From Candidatus Sericytochromatia bacterium (lineage in GTDB: Bacteria > Cyanobacteriota > Sericytochromatia > S15B-MN24 > JAQBPE01): 54,468 nt of DNA. The position numbers were made by a program, and so were the translations under genes. Shown one piece after another: positions 36,648 through 45,710 of this stretch (its first letter is position 1; each line of letters opens with the position of its first letter). Under the pieces are notes generated by a model. The model was not told the origin of the DNA. It was given only the letters and a program-made list of their open reading frames with translations, and searched no databases. The stretch spans positions 1 through 54,468 of the forward strand of contig JAYKHR010000071.1 in NCBI GenBank assembly GCA_035285125.1, written 5' to 3'.

Positions 36648-39587
36648 GTGCCCCGAAGCTCCACGTCCCGCAAGGGTTCCGTGCTCGCCAGCGCCCTCGG
36701 GCTGACGACCGTCTTCGTGACGATGATCGTGGGCACGATGGCCTACGTGTCCACGTCCGTCGCGAACACCCAGTCGAACCGGCTGCGCGCCTCGGCCGAG
36801 GACGCCGCGAAGACCGGCATGGACCTCATCCTCGGCTGGGCCGAGCAGAGCATCGACAAGGAGATCATCCTGCCGCGCCCCTGGGAGCGGATGCAGGACG
36901 GCGACGTCATCGACCCGGTCAAGTACCTGGCCGAGGGGCAACTCAGTGCGGCCCAGCGCGTGACGTCGCTGGACGCCGTCACCTCCCCGGGGCAGTTGCT
37001 CGGCGGCAACACGGTCCGGGAGCTCGTCGTGGGCGTCACGAAGACGCCGCTGGATCGGCCCCTCTTCGTCACGACCATCAAGGCCCGCATCCAGCAGTTC
37101 CGCGTCTCGGACAGCACGCCGCGGCAGTTCCGCATCTGCGTGATCGGCCGCGTGCGCCGGGTGCAAACGGGGTTCTCCGGCACCACCAACCGCACCGCCT
37201 TCAACCGCATCGAGGACAACGAGCGCGAGTCCATCATCGCGGAGCGGGCCGTGATGGCGACCATCGGGCGCGAGACCACCTCGCGCTACGCCGCCCTCGT
37301 CGACTGCGACCTCATCCGCAACTGGGTGCCGGGCGAGCTGGTCACGGGCCCGGTCCACATCAACCGGGGCTACGTCGACGGCCCGGGCTTCCTCGACGAC
37401 GGCGTGGAGCTCTCTGCGGGCGGCACCGTGCCTGGCCTGGGCCTGACGTGGACGGACCTGCGCTCGCGCATGGACATCAACGTCGACGGGGTGCCGGGCA
37501 ACCCCGGCTTCCGGAAACCCCCGGCGGCCCAGTTCAGCTACCCGGTGTTCTTCTCGCGCGTCTCGATGACGGAGATCCGCGGCCACGCGCGCTACCGCAA
37601 CAACGACCCGGACCGGTCGACCGGCGCCGCGCCGATCTGCATCCGGGTGAACGGGCAGCCCTGGTACAGCACCACGGCCTCCACCTACACCAGCAACAAG
37701 CACAACATCTTCCGCGACCCGGAGAACGCCGCTGAGACGCGCTACGGCGGCACGGTCAGCAGCCCGTTCCACGGGCCCAAGATTGTCGGAGAGCCCATCG
37801 AGCTTCCCCGCTCCGTCCGCAACGGCCTCGCAGCCGCCACCGGCATGCCGGGAGAGTTTCAGGGCGGCAACCGCTGGGAGCAACTCGAGGACGGCCTCTA
37901 CATCCCGACCACGCGTTTCTGGGCCAGCGGAGCCGGCCTCGGGGACAAGCACAGCGCCGTCCCGGCGGACAGCTACAGCGCGACCTTCTCCCCCACGGGC
38001 GGCATCTACATCCGGGGGAACGTGGAGGCGATGCGCATGGCCATCTCGGCCGACCGCAGGCAGTCGCTGTACCTCTTCCAGGTCGGCAACTACAACCCGT
38101 CGCAGCGGCGCCTGTATGCGGTCCTCGCGGATCGCTCGACCACGGCGCGCAGGCTCACGCTCTACGCCTGGCCGAACTCAGGCGCCAACGCCGTCACGCG
38201 GATGTACCGCGCAGGCGGCGGCCCGACCTCGGCGCTGCTGCAGTTCGGCACCAACAACACCATCACCTCCATTCTCACGCCTTACGTGGGGGCGTGGACC
38301 GACACCACCAACCCCGCGAACTTCGCCCTTACGCCCGCCGACACCGTCTACAGGCGCATCCAGCTCGCGGCCCCCGCCCTCGGGGCCTACCCGTTCAACG
38401 GCATCATCTTCGTGGACTGCGCCAAGGACGACCCGGCGCGCTCGGGCCGGGCCACCGAGTCGGTCTCGACGACCACCGCCACCCACAACCCCACGACCAT
38501 CCAGCCGACCTCCGGCCACATCCTGGCGCTCGGCAACCTCGGCAACCGCAACGACGGGCAGCAGAAGACCGAGTATTTGATCGAGAACCAGCGCGCGGAG
38601 GTCGTCTCGACCGTCGCCTGGTCCAGCGCCGACGCCACGGCCTCGCGCGTGGGGCCGGCCAGCAAGCTCAACATCCTGGCGCGCGGCAACATCTTCATCC
38701 AGAACCACCTGCTGCTCGACGGCATCTTCCGCTCCAAGAACATCGGCGGCGCCACCGGCGCCAACGCAACGGGCGCGCAGCTCAACGGGGCCAGCGTGCA
38801 GCGCGGCAACCTGAGCTCGCTCACCCTGGGCGACACGCGAGACCTGCTCGGCCTGGTGTCGGACCAGCGCGTCGTGATGGGGCTGCACGCCCCCATCAAC
38901 GCCACCCGGGGCAACCTCGGCTGCGTCGTGATGGCCGCCATCGCGGCCCTCGGCGACCCGGCCTACCAGCCCTGGAGCCCCTCGAACCCCTTCCACGACG
39001 AGTTGATGCGGCGGCCGGGCTTCTACGTGGGCTCCTTCGGCACGGAAGGGCTGATGCAGTCGCAGGGCTTCTGGGAGAACTACTGGATCCCCGCCAACGC
39101 GGGGGCCACCAGCGGCACCACCTACGTCCCGAACGCGAGCGGCGTCGCCGGCCAGCCGAAGACCGGCCCGCAGAGCCGCAACGACGTGGGGCTTTACTCG
39201 GCGGCCAGGCCGCCGGACGGGTACCCCGGCAACCCCATCTACCAGAACACGGGCTACAACACCCAGACGAGAATCAACCCGAACTTCGTCCCGCGCGGCA
39301 ACCTGCTGGCCTTCGGCTCCCTCACGCAGCGGCGGCGGGGCATCATTGGCGCGGGCAACAACTCGTACGACAAGGACTTCGTGTTCGACCCGCGGCTGCT
39401 CTCGATCGCGCCGCCGCTGTTCCCCGCCTCGCTGAACATCGTGGTGCGCACCCAGACCCCCTTCACGCCGGACGACCAGCTGCCGGACCGCCGCGTGCCC
39501 TATCGGGGCGGCGGCACGTTCCAGTCTGGTGTTCAGACCTCGGACCCGCTCCGCTTCATGGGGAGCGACTCGGGGGCGCTCGATTGA
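36648..39587 (+). CDS. PilX/ComZ-like pilus tip protein (DUF4900-like C-terminus)
   Basis: RKG|SVLASAL lacking Glu5, AEDAAKTG, GPVHIN, C-terminal YDKDFVFDPRLLSIAPPLFP; AGGAGG RBS. Confidence 0.78.
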   Translation: MPRSSTSRKGSVLASALGLTTVFVTMIVGTMAYVSTSVANTQSNRLRASAEDAAKTGMDLILGWAEQSIDKEIILPRPWERMQDGDVIDPVKYLAEGQLSAAQRVTSLDAVTSPGQLLGGNTVRELVVGVTKTPLDRPLFVTTIKARIQQFRVSDSTPRQFRICVIGRVRRVQTGFSGTTNRTAFNRIEDNERESIIAERAVMATIGRETTSRYAALVDCDLIRNWVPGELVTGPVHINRGYVDGPGFLDDGVELSAGGTVPGLGLTWTDLRSRMDINVDGVPGNPGFRKPPAAQFSYPVFFSRVSMTEIRGHARYRNNDPDRSTGAAPICIRVNGQPWYSTTASTYTSNKHNIFRDPENAAETRYGGTVSSPFHGPKIVGEPIELPRSVRNGLAAATGMPGEFQGGNRWEQLEDGLYIPTTRFWASGAGLGDKHSAVPADSYSATFSPTGGIYIRGNVEAMRMAISADRRQSLYLFQVGNYNPSQRRLYAVLADRSTTARRLTLYAWPNSGANAVTRMYRAGGGPTSALLQFGTNNTITSILTPYVGAWTDTTNPANFALTPADTVYRRIQLAAPALGAYPFNGIIFVDCAKDDPARSGRATESVSTTTATHNPTTIQPTSGHILALGNLGNRNDGQQKTEYLIENQRAEVVSTVAWSSADATASRVGPASKLNILARGNIFIQNHLLLDGIFRSKNIGGATGANATGAQLNGASVQRGNLSSLTLGDTRDLLGLVSDQRVVMGLHAPINATRGNLGCVVMAAIAALGDPAYQPWSPSNPFHDELMRRPGFYVGSFGTEGLMQSQGFWENYWIPANAGATSGTTYVPNASGVAGQPKTGPQSRNDVGLYSAARPPDGYPGNPIYQNTGYNTQTRINPNFVPRGNLLAFGSLTQRRRGIIGAGNNSYDKDFVFDPRLLSIAPPLFPASLNIVVRTQTPFTPDDQLPDRRVPYRGGGTFQSGVQTSDPLRFMGSDSGALD

Positions 39588-39598
39588 CATGCCGACGT

Positions 39599-39642
39599 CC
39601 GGCCCCCGCTGCGTGCTCCGCGGCGGGGCCGGCAGGGTCCGA
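39599..39642 (+). terminator. GC-rich hairpin after the pilin cluster
   Basis: CCGGCCCCCGCTGCG-tgctc-CGCGGCGGGGCCGG, imperfect stem, no U-tract. Confidence 0.4.
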
Positions 39643-39659
39643 GGCGCGCCCAAGCTGGT

Positions 39660-39688
39660 TTGACACCCCATCGCCTGCATAATATAGT
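39660..39688 (+). promoter_or_regulatory. Near-consensus sigma70 promoter of the actin operon
   Basis: TTGACA-17 nt-TATAGT. Confidence 0.75.
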
Positions 39689-39757
39689 GAGTGGCCATTA
39701 TCGAGGCCACCCGCGTGCCTGCGCGCGCGCCGCCCCCCGAATCCCGGACGAGGATCC

Positions 39758-41038
39758 ATGACCACCGAAAACGCCCCCCAAATGGTCCGGCTCACCTACG
39801 TGCTCCCCGCCAGGATGAGCGGCAAGGTGTTCATGGTGAAGCGCGCGGCGCAACCCGCGGCCGCATTCAGCGCCCCCGCCGTGGCAGAGGTGGCCGTCGC
39901 GCCGCCTGCGCCGCCCGAGCCCACGGTCCTCGCCGCACCGGAGCCGGCCCCCCGGCCCACCCCGGCCCGCAGCCTGGGCCTCGACGCGGGCCTCGGCATG
40001 AGCCGCGGCAGCCGCACCGAGGTGATCAACGTCGGCCTCGACCTCGGCCGTTCTGAGACCCGCATCTACGACGGGGAGCACCTCTTCACCTTCCCCACCA
40101 TGGTCGGCGGGCCCGTCGCCACCATCCGGCGCGGCAGCGCCCAGCTGCTCGACGAGAACCTGGAGCAGAACCTCTGGGTCAAGGTGGATGGGCACGAGTA
40201 CTCCATCGGCCGGTACGCCATGGAGCAGCCGTTCCTCTTCCCTGTGAACGAGGAGAACATCTTCCAGGGCGAGCTCAACAAGGCCCTGGTGCTGGCGGCG
40301 CTGGCGCTGCTGGCGCGGCGGACGGGGCAGGGGAACGTGCCGCGCTACAAGATCTGCCTGGGGCTGCCCGTCTACCTCAGCCGCCGGCCTGAGTACATCG
40401 ACGCCTCCCTGCGGGAGTGGCTCGGCCGCCACGACTTCACGTTCTGCGGCGAGCCGACCTCGCTCGAGATCATCCAGATCGACACGATCCCGCAGCCCGT
40501 GGGCGCCGTCTACGCGGCCATCCTGGCGGGCCAACTCGACTACAACCCCGAAGAGACCATCGGCGTGGTGGACCCCGGTCACCTGACGACGGACTGGGTG
40601 GTGGTGCGGCTGCCGAACGAGCTCACGAAGTACTCGGGCCACACCACGGCCGTCGCGGGCTACAGGCTTTACGAGGAGGTCGCCTCCTACCTCAGCGAGC
40701 AGATGGTGCCACGCATCAACCCGATGGCCGTCCAGGAGAGCCTGATCACGGGCGTCTACAAGGACAACCAGGGCGACACCCTCACGATCCCCGAGCACCT
40801 GGTGGAGAGCCTCAAGGAAATCATGGCCCAGCAGATCGCCCTCACGGTGAAGCAGAGCTGGCGCGACCTGCGCATCCACCGGATGCTGCTCGTGGGCGGC
40901 TTCGGGCGCATCCTCTACCCGCTGCTGACCAAGTACCCCTACTTCCGCGACCTGCAGCTGGCCCAGGACCCTCGCTACTACAACGTCAAGGGCTTCTTCG
41001 AGTACGCCATCGCGACGCCACTCCGCGAAGGGGGATAG
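39758..41038 (+). CDS. ParM/StbA-family actin-like ATPase with N-terminal extension
   Basis: Phosphate-1 GLDLGRSETR, LGLP, connect-1 IPQPVGA, phosphate-2 VVDPGHLTTD, adenosine LLVGGFG, connect-2 DPRYYNVKGF. Confidence 0.88.
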   Translation: MTTENAPQMVRLTYVLPARMSGKVFMVKRAAQPAAAFSAPAVAEVAVAPPAPPEPTVLAAPEPAPRPTPARSLGLDAGLGMSRGSRTEVINVGLDLGRSETRIYDGEHLFTFPTMVGGPVATIRRGSAQLLDENLEQNLWVKVDGHEYSIGRYAMEQPFLFPVNEENIFQGELNKALVLAALALLARRTGQGNVPRYKICLGLPVYLSRRPEYIDASLREWLGRHDFTFCGEPTSLEIIQIDTIPQPVGAVYAAILAGQLDYNPEETIGVVDPGHLTTDWVVVRLPNELTKYSGHTTAVAGYRLYEEVASYLSEQMVPRINPMAVQESLITGVYKDNQGDTLTIPEHLVESLKEIMAQQIALTVKQSWRDLRIHRMLLVGGFGRILYPLLTKYPYFRDLQLAQDPRYYNVKGFFEYAIATPLREGG

Positions 41039-41041
41039 CGG

Positions 41042-41467
41042 GTGTCGGATTTCCTGAGGGGGCTGCTGGGAAGGCTGTTCGGCTCAGCTGAGGCGGACCC
41101 CTTGGGGACCGTCAGTGCCGACCAGCTCGCCATCCTTCTGAAATCCATCGAGGACAAGTACACGGCCCTGCAAGACGAGAACGCGCGCCTGCTGGCCCGC
41201 CTCGAGGGCCGTCGGGACGACAGGGACGAGCTGCACGCGAAGGTCGCCTCCCAGCAGCGCGAGATTGAGGCCCTGCAGCGCGCCCTCGTGGCCCACACCG
41301 AGGCCGAAACCGCCGCCGAGACGGCGGCGGCGCTCGTCACCCCGCCCGACGGGACACTCGCTCCCCCGCCCGAGCTCGCGCCCGACCTCCGGCTGGCCTG
41401 GGACACCGAGGAAGATGAGCCAGATGAGCCCGCCGCCGCCCGCGGCGAGGAGAGGTCGGGTGTTTGA
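41042..41467 (+). CDS. Short coiled-coil protein with N-terminal amphipathic helix
   Basis: Starts 3 nt after the actin stop; MSDFLRGLLGRLFG, then heptad region, acidic tail. Confidence 0.8.
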   Translation: MSDFLRGLLGRLFGSAEADPLGTVSADQLAILLKSIEDKYTALQDENARLLARLEGRRDDRDELHAKVASQQREIEALQRALVAHTEAETAAETAAALVTPPDGTLAPPPELAPDLRLAWDTEEDEPDEPAAARGEERSGV

Positions 41468-41685
41468 CGCCGACACCGGGCGAGGCCCCAACGGGCAACG
41501 AGCCGGGACCGAACATGCGAGCACGATCACCGCATCCAAGCGCCCGCTCGTGTTGAAATCGCCGGAAGGAGCGGGCACGGGCCCACGGGGCAGCACCCCC
41601 TGGACTCGGCCCCGGACCAACAGGCGGCAGGCCCCCGATGCCCAGCGACCCGCAAGGCTTCGCGACCTGCGCAAGGAGATCGACG

Positions 41686-43215
41686 GTGTTTGAGGGCCTG
41701 GGTTCGCAGTTCAGCAAGCTGTTGGGCAAGTCCGTTGACGACCAGCAGAGCACGATCACGGCCACCCAGCTGAAGACCGTGCTCAAGTCGATCGAGGGCA
41801 AGTACAACAACCTCAAGAATGAGAACAAGCTGTACAAGGCCAAGATCGAGGAGCAGAAGTCCACGATCGCGGAGCTGGAGCGCACCGTCAGCGAGTTCCG
41901 GGCAGCCGGCCCCAGCGCCGACGCCAGCCTGCTGACCCAGCTGGAGGCCGAGCTCAACACCGCCCAGCAGCAGCTGGTCGACGCCCAGGAGAGCCTCGCC
42001 AACCTCCGCGCAGAGAAGCTGCAGCTCCAGAGCAAGCTCTCGGTGCAGGAGGCCCTCGTGTCCTCGCTGCGGCACGAGATCTCGGAGCTGCGCGAGGGCC
42101 ACGCCGGGGCCGCGAGCCCCGAGGACCACGCCAAGGCGCTCGCGGAGGCCGACAAATTGCGCTTCGAGAAGCAGCAACTCGACGAGCGCGTGCAAGAGCT
42201 GCTCGGCCAGCTGCTCTCGGCGGAGGGCGTCAAGGGTGACGTCGCCCGGAAGCAGGCCGAGCTGGACTCGATCAAGCAGGACCTCGCGGAGGTCAAGGGA
42301 CAGCTCGAGACGGCGCTGCAGGCCCGTCGGCAGGCCGAGGTGGAGCGCGATGGCGTGGCCTCCAGGCTGGCCCCGGTGATTGACGAGCTCGATGAGCTTC
42401 GCGAGCAGGTGGAGGCTCTCTCGAGCGAGCGCACCCGGCTCTCCGAGGACGGCGCGAAGGCGCATGCCTCGCTGGCGATCGCCGATGAACGCGCCGCCCA
42501 TGCCGAGCAAGAGCTCGACCAGCTCCACCAGGACAAGCAGGAGCTCCGCCACCAGGTGATCAGGCTGACGGAGGAGCGCGATGCGCTTCAGGGCCAGCTT
42601 TCCGGGGGCGGCCCTCAGGCGCGCGTCATTGCCGAGCTCGAGGAGCGGGTGCTGACTTACAAGGCCCAGGTGGAGCAGGCTTCCGTGGAGAACCAGGCGC
42701 TGCAGGCCCGCATCCAGCAGCTCGTGGAGGAGCCCAGTGGCCTCTCCGCGCGCGAGAAGACCGAGTACGAGCTGCAGGTGCGCCGCCTGTCGGAGGAGCT
42801 GCGCGAGGCCACGCTGCAGGTCGGGAACCTGCGCGAGGCCAAGGTGAAGTTCGACCTAGACCAGGAGGAAGCCGCGGCCGAGCTGCTCGAGCTGCGCCGC
42901 CAGCTCGAGGAGATGCGCCGCGACCGCAACCAGTTCCGGGACCGCCTCGACGAGTCGCGCAGCCAGGCGAGCGAGATGGACCAGCTCAAGCAGCAGATGC
43001 GGGACCTGATGATGCAGGTGTCGCAGGTGCGCGGCGGCGCGACGCCTGGCCCGGCCGCCGAGGCGACGCCTCCGGCCCCGCAGCCGAGGGCCACCGAGCC
43101 GGAGGCCCCCCGCAAGCCCACGGCGGGTGGCAGCGCGGCGGTGCCCGGGGCGTCGCTCGCCCGCCGGCGCGAGGTGCTCAACCGGCTCATCGGCGACAAC
43201 AAGCCCAAGGGCTGA
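41686..43215 (+). CDS. Long coiled-coil protein with N-terminal amphipathic helix
   Basis: AAGGAG RBS and GTG start; MFEGLGSQFSKLLG; about 420 aa of heptad-rich E/L/Q/R sequence; N-terminus paralogous to the previous gene. Confidence 0.85.
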   Translation: MFEGLGSQFSKLLGKSVDDQQSTITATQLKTVLKSIEGKYNNLKNENKLYKAKIEEQKSTIAELERTVSEFRAAGPSADASLLTQLEAELNTAQQQLVDAQESLANLRAEKLQLQSKLSVQEALVSSLRHEISELREGHAGAASPEDHAKALAEADKLRFEKQQLDERVQELLGQLLSAEGVKGDVARKQAELDSIKQDLAEVKGQLETALQARRQAEVERDGVASRLAPVIDELDELREQVEALSSERTRLSEDGAKAHASLAIADERAAHAEQELDQLHQDKQELRHQVIRLTEERDALQGQLSGGGPQARVIAELEERVLTYKAQVEQASVENQALQARIQQLVEEPSGLSAREKTEYELQVRRLSEELREATLQVGNLREAKVKFDLDQEEAAAELLELRRQLEEMRRDRNQFRDRLDESRSQASEMDQLKQQMRDLMMQVSQVRGGATPGPAAEATPPAPQPRATEPEAPRKPTAGGSAAVPGASLARRREVLNRLIGDNKPKG

Positions 43216-43225
43216 GGCCGGGGCC

Positions 43226-43253
43226 TCAAGTCGACGCGCACCGCGGCCGATGG
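43226..43253 (+). promoter_or_regulatory. Sigma28 (FliA)-like promoter upstream of slt-flgF
   Basis: TCAA-16 nt-GCCGATGG. Confidence 0.5.
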
Positions 43254-43326
43254 TATCCGCATCACCGCCTTGCGTGGCGGCGTCCGGCAAGATGGGCGTG
43301 TCCCCCGCGCCAGGAGCCGCGTCCCG

Positions 43327-43941
43327 ATGAACCCAGGCCTCAGCGCCGCGCTCGCGGCGATCGATCGGATCCAGCACCGCATGCAGGAGCTGGAGTCACG
43401 CCACCAGCCCCGTGCTACGCGGGAGACCGGGTTCCGCGAGGTGGTGGCTCGCGCGGGCGGCGAGGCCAGGCCCGCGCAGCCGCCCCAGGCAGCGTGGCCG
43501 GGAGGCCTGGGCCCACTCGGCCCAGGTGACGCGGCGCCGGCTGCGGGGGGCAGCGCCGCCTACCGCCCTATGATCGCAGCCGCAGCCTCGCGACACGGGC
43601 TGGACCCCGCGCTCGTGCAGGCCGTCGTGGCCGCAGAGTCCGGCGGCAACCCCGAGGCGAAGAGCCCGGCTGGGGCCATGGGGCTTATGCAGCTGATGCC
43701 CGGTACAGCGCGGGCGTTGGGCGTCGCCGACCCCTACGACCCGTCCCAGAACGTCGAGGCCGGCACGCGCTACCTGGCCGACATGACGCGGCGGTTCGGC
43801 CTCGAGAAGGGCATCGCCGCCTACAACGCAGGGCCGGGGGCGGTGGCGCGCCACGACGGCGTGCCCCCCTACCGCGAGACCAAGGCTTACGTGCAGAAGG
43901 TGCTGCGGTTGTACGGTCAGTTCAGCGAGGAGCGGTCATGA
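43327..43941 (+). CDS. Lytic transglycosylase (SLT domain), flagellum-associated
   Basis: AVVAAESGG, GAMGLMQLMPGTA, AAYNAGPG, PPYRETKAYV; overlaps the flgF start. Confidence 0.92.
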   Translation: MNPGLSAALAAIDRIQHRMQELESRHQPRATRETGFREVVARAGGEARPAQPPQAAWPGGLGPLGPGDAAPAAGGSAAYRPMIAAAASRHGLDPALVQAVVAAESGGNPEAKSPAGAMGLMQLMPGTARALGVADPYDPSQNVEAGTRYLADMTRRFGLEKGIAAYNAGPGAVARHDGVPPYRETKAYVQKVLRLYGQFSEERS

Positions 43942-44714
43942 TTCGAGGGCTCTACACGGCCTCAGCCGGCATGCAGGTGGAGCAGATCCGCCAGGACGTC
44001 ATCGCCAACAACCTGGCGAACATGAACACCACGGGCTTCAAGCGCGACCTTGCGGTCCTCGAGGCCCGCGAGAAGATGCGGATCAAGCGCACGCAGGACC
44101 CCGTCTCGGGCGACCCGCTCGCGCCCACGCGCCGCACCCCCATCGGGGAGCTTGGCGCTGGCGTCCTGGTGAACACCATCTCGAAGCGCTTCGAGGCCGG
44201 CAACATGCGCGAGACGAGCGAGCCGCTCGACATGGCGATCGAGGGAGACGGCTTCTTCACGTTGCAGGAGGCGGACGGCGACAAGCTCTACACCCGCGCC
44301 GGCGACTTCGCCCGCAACGGCGCCGGCCAGCTGATCGACAAGAGCGGCAGACTGGTGCTGGGCCAGAACGGGCCCATCTCGCTGAGGGACGGCGTCAGCT
44401 TCACCGTGATGCGCGATGGCGCGGTGATGGTGAACGGCACAGCGGTGGATCGCCTTGCGCTGGCGCGCTTCGACAACCCGGACGCGGACCTCGAGAAGGT
44501 CGGCGACACGGCCTTCCGGTTTCGCGGGGCCGGCGAGCCGCCCGCGTCGACGGCCGAGGTGCACCAGGGCGTGCTGGAGGGCTCGAACGTCAACTCGCTG
44601 CGCGAGATGGTCGAGATGATCGCCGCCCTGAGGCACTATGAAGCCAACCAGCGGGCCCTGCAGGCCGAGGACGAGACGCTCGGCAAGGCCGTCAACGAGG
44701 TGGCCCGCGCATGA
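43938..44714 (+). CDS. flgF: Flagellar basal-body rod protein FlgF/FlhO-like
   Basis: MIRGLYTASAGM, ANNLANMNTTGFK, YTRAGDF, LEGSNVN. Confidence 0.85.
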   Translation: MIRGLYTASAGMQVEQIRQDVIANNLANMNTTGFKRDLAVLEAREKMRIKRTQDPVSGDPLAPTRRTPIGELGAGVLVNTISKRFEAGNMRETSEPLDMAIEGDGFFTLQEADGDKLYTRAGDFARNGAGQLIDKSGRLVLGQNGPISLRDGVSFTVMRDGAVMVNGTAVDRLALARFDNPDADLEKVGDTAFRFRGAGEPPASTAEVHQGVLEGSNVNSLREMVEMIAALRHYEANQRALQAEDETLGKAVNEVARA

Positions 44715-44736
44715 TGATCTGAAGGCACATAACGCC

Positions 44737-44764
44737 TCAAGTCCCCCTCGGCCGTTGCCGAGAG
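44737..44764 (+). promoter_or_regulatory. Sigma28-like promoter upstream of flgG
   Basis: TCAA-16 nt-GCCGAGAG. Confidence 0.4.
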
Positions 44765-44867
44765 GTGGAACAGTGTATCCCTGACAGGCCGGACGGACCC
44801 CCCGGGCCCGAGGCCGCTTCGCCGCAGACCGACTGACGCGGCGAGTCGCGAAAGGACCGATGCGCCC

Positions 44868-45650
44868 ATGATGGGAGCCCTCTGGACCGCTGCCACCGGC
44901 ATGCGGGCCCAACAGACGAACATCGACGTCACCTCCAACAACCTGGCGAACGCGAACACCCTCGGCTACAAGAAGGTGCGCGCGGAGTTCAAGGACCTGA
45001 TGTACCGCACGGCCAAGCAGGCCGGCACGCCGATGCAGTCAGGCACGCAGATGCCCGTGGGCACGCAGATCGGCATGGGCGTCAACAACTCTGCCACCGC
45101 CCGCATCTTCTCGCAGGGCGATTTCCAGCAGACGGAGAACCCCTTCGACCTCGTGATCGAGGGCGAGGGTTTCTTCCAGGTGCAGCGGCCCGACGGCACC
45201 GTCGCCTTCACGCGCGACGGCTCGTTCAAGACCGACGGCAACGGGCAGCTCGTCACCAGCGAGGGCCTGATGCTCGTGCCTCAGATCACCCTGCCCCCGA
45301 ACGCCGCCAACCCGGCCGTCACGCCGGAGGGCACCATCACGGTGCAGATCGGGAACAACGTCACGACCGTCGGGCAGCTGACGCTGGCACGCTTCATCAA
45401 CCCGGCCGGCCTGACGGCGATCGGTCACAACCTGTACATGCCGACGCCTGCCTCGGGCGACCCGGTGGTGGGGAGCCCCAACGTCGACGGCATGGGCACC
45501 CTGGCCCAGGGCTACATCGAGATGTCCAACGTCAAGGTCGTCGAGGAGATGATCAACCTGATCATCGCCCAGCGCGCCTATGAAGCGAACTCCAAGTCGG
45601 TCCAGACCTCCGACGAGATGCTCGGGATGGCCAACAACCTGCGGCGCTGA
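44868..45650 (+). CDS. flgG: Flagellar basal-body rod protein FlgG
   Basis: LWTAATGMRAQQTNIDV, FTRDGSF, EMSNVKVVEEM, AQRAYEANSK; 260 aa. Confidence 0.96.
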   Translation: MMGALWTAATGMRAQQTNIDVTSNNLANANTLGYKKVRAEFKDLMYRTAKQAGTPMQSGTQMPVGTQIGMGVNNSATARIFSQGDFQQTENPFDLVIEGEGFFQVQRPDGTVAFTRDGSFKTDGNGQLVTSEGLMLVPQITLPPNAANPAVTPEGTITVQIGNNVTTVGQLTLARFINPAGLTAIGHNLYMPTPASGDPVVGSPNVDGMGTLAQGYIEMSNVKVVEEMINLIIAQRAYEANSKSVQTSDEMLGMANNLRR

Positions 45651-45710
45651 CGCAGGCCATCTCGCCCCCCGCGCCGGGCCACCCGGCGTGTAAGCACCCC
45701 GTCGAGGAGG

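Noticed and set aside
39588..41685. Plasmid or prophage ParMRC partition cassette
   Set aside because: No iteron array visible upstream of the actin or in 41468-41685, no ribbon-helix-helix-like partner, no replication or integration genes and no evident compositional shift.
41686..43215. SMC/SbcC annotation for the long coiled-coil protein
   Set aside because: No Walker A or B motif, signature motif or hinge; any similarity would be generic coiled coil.
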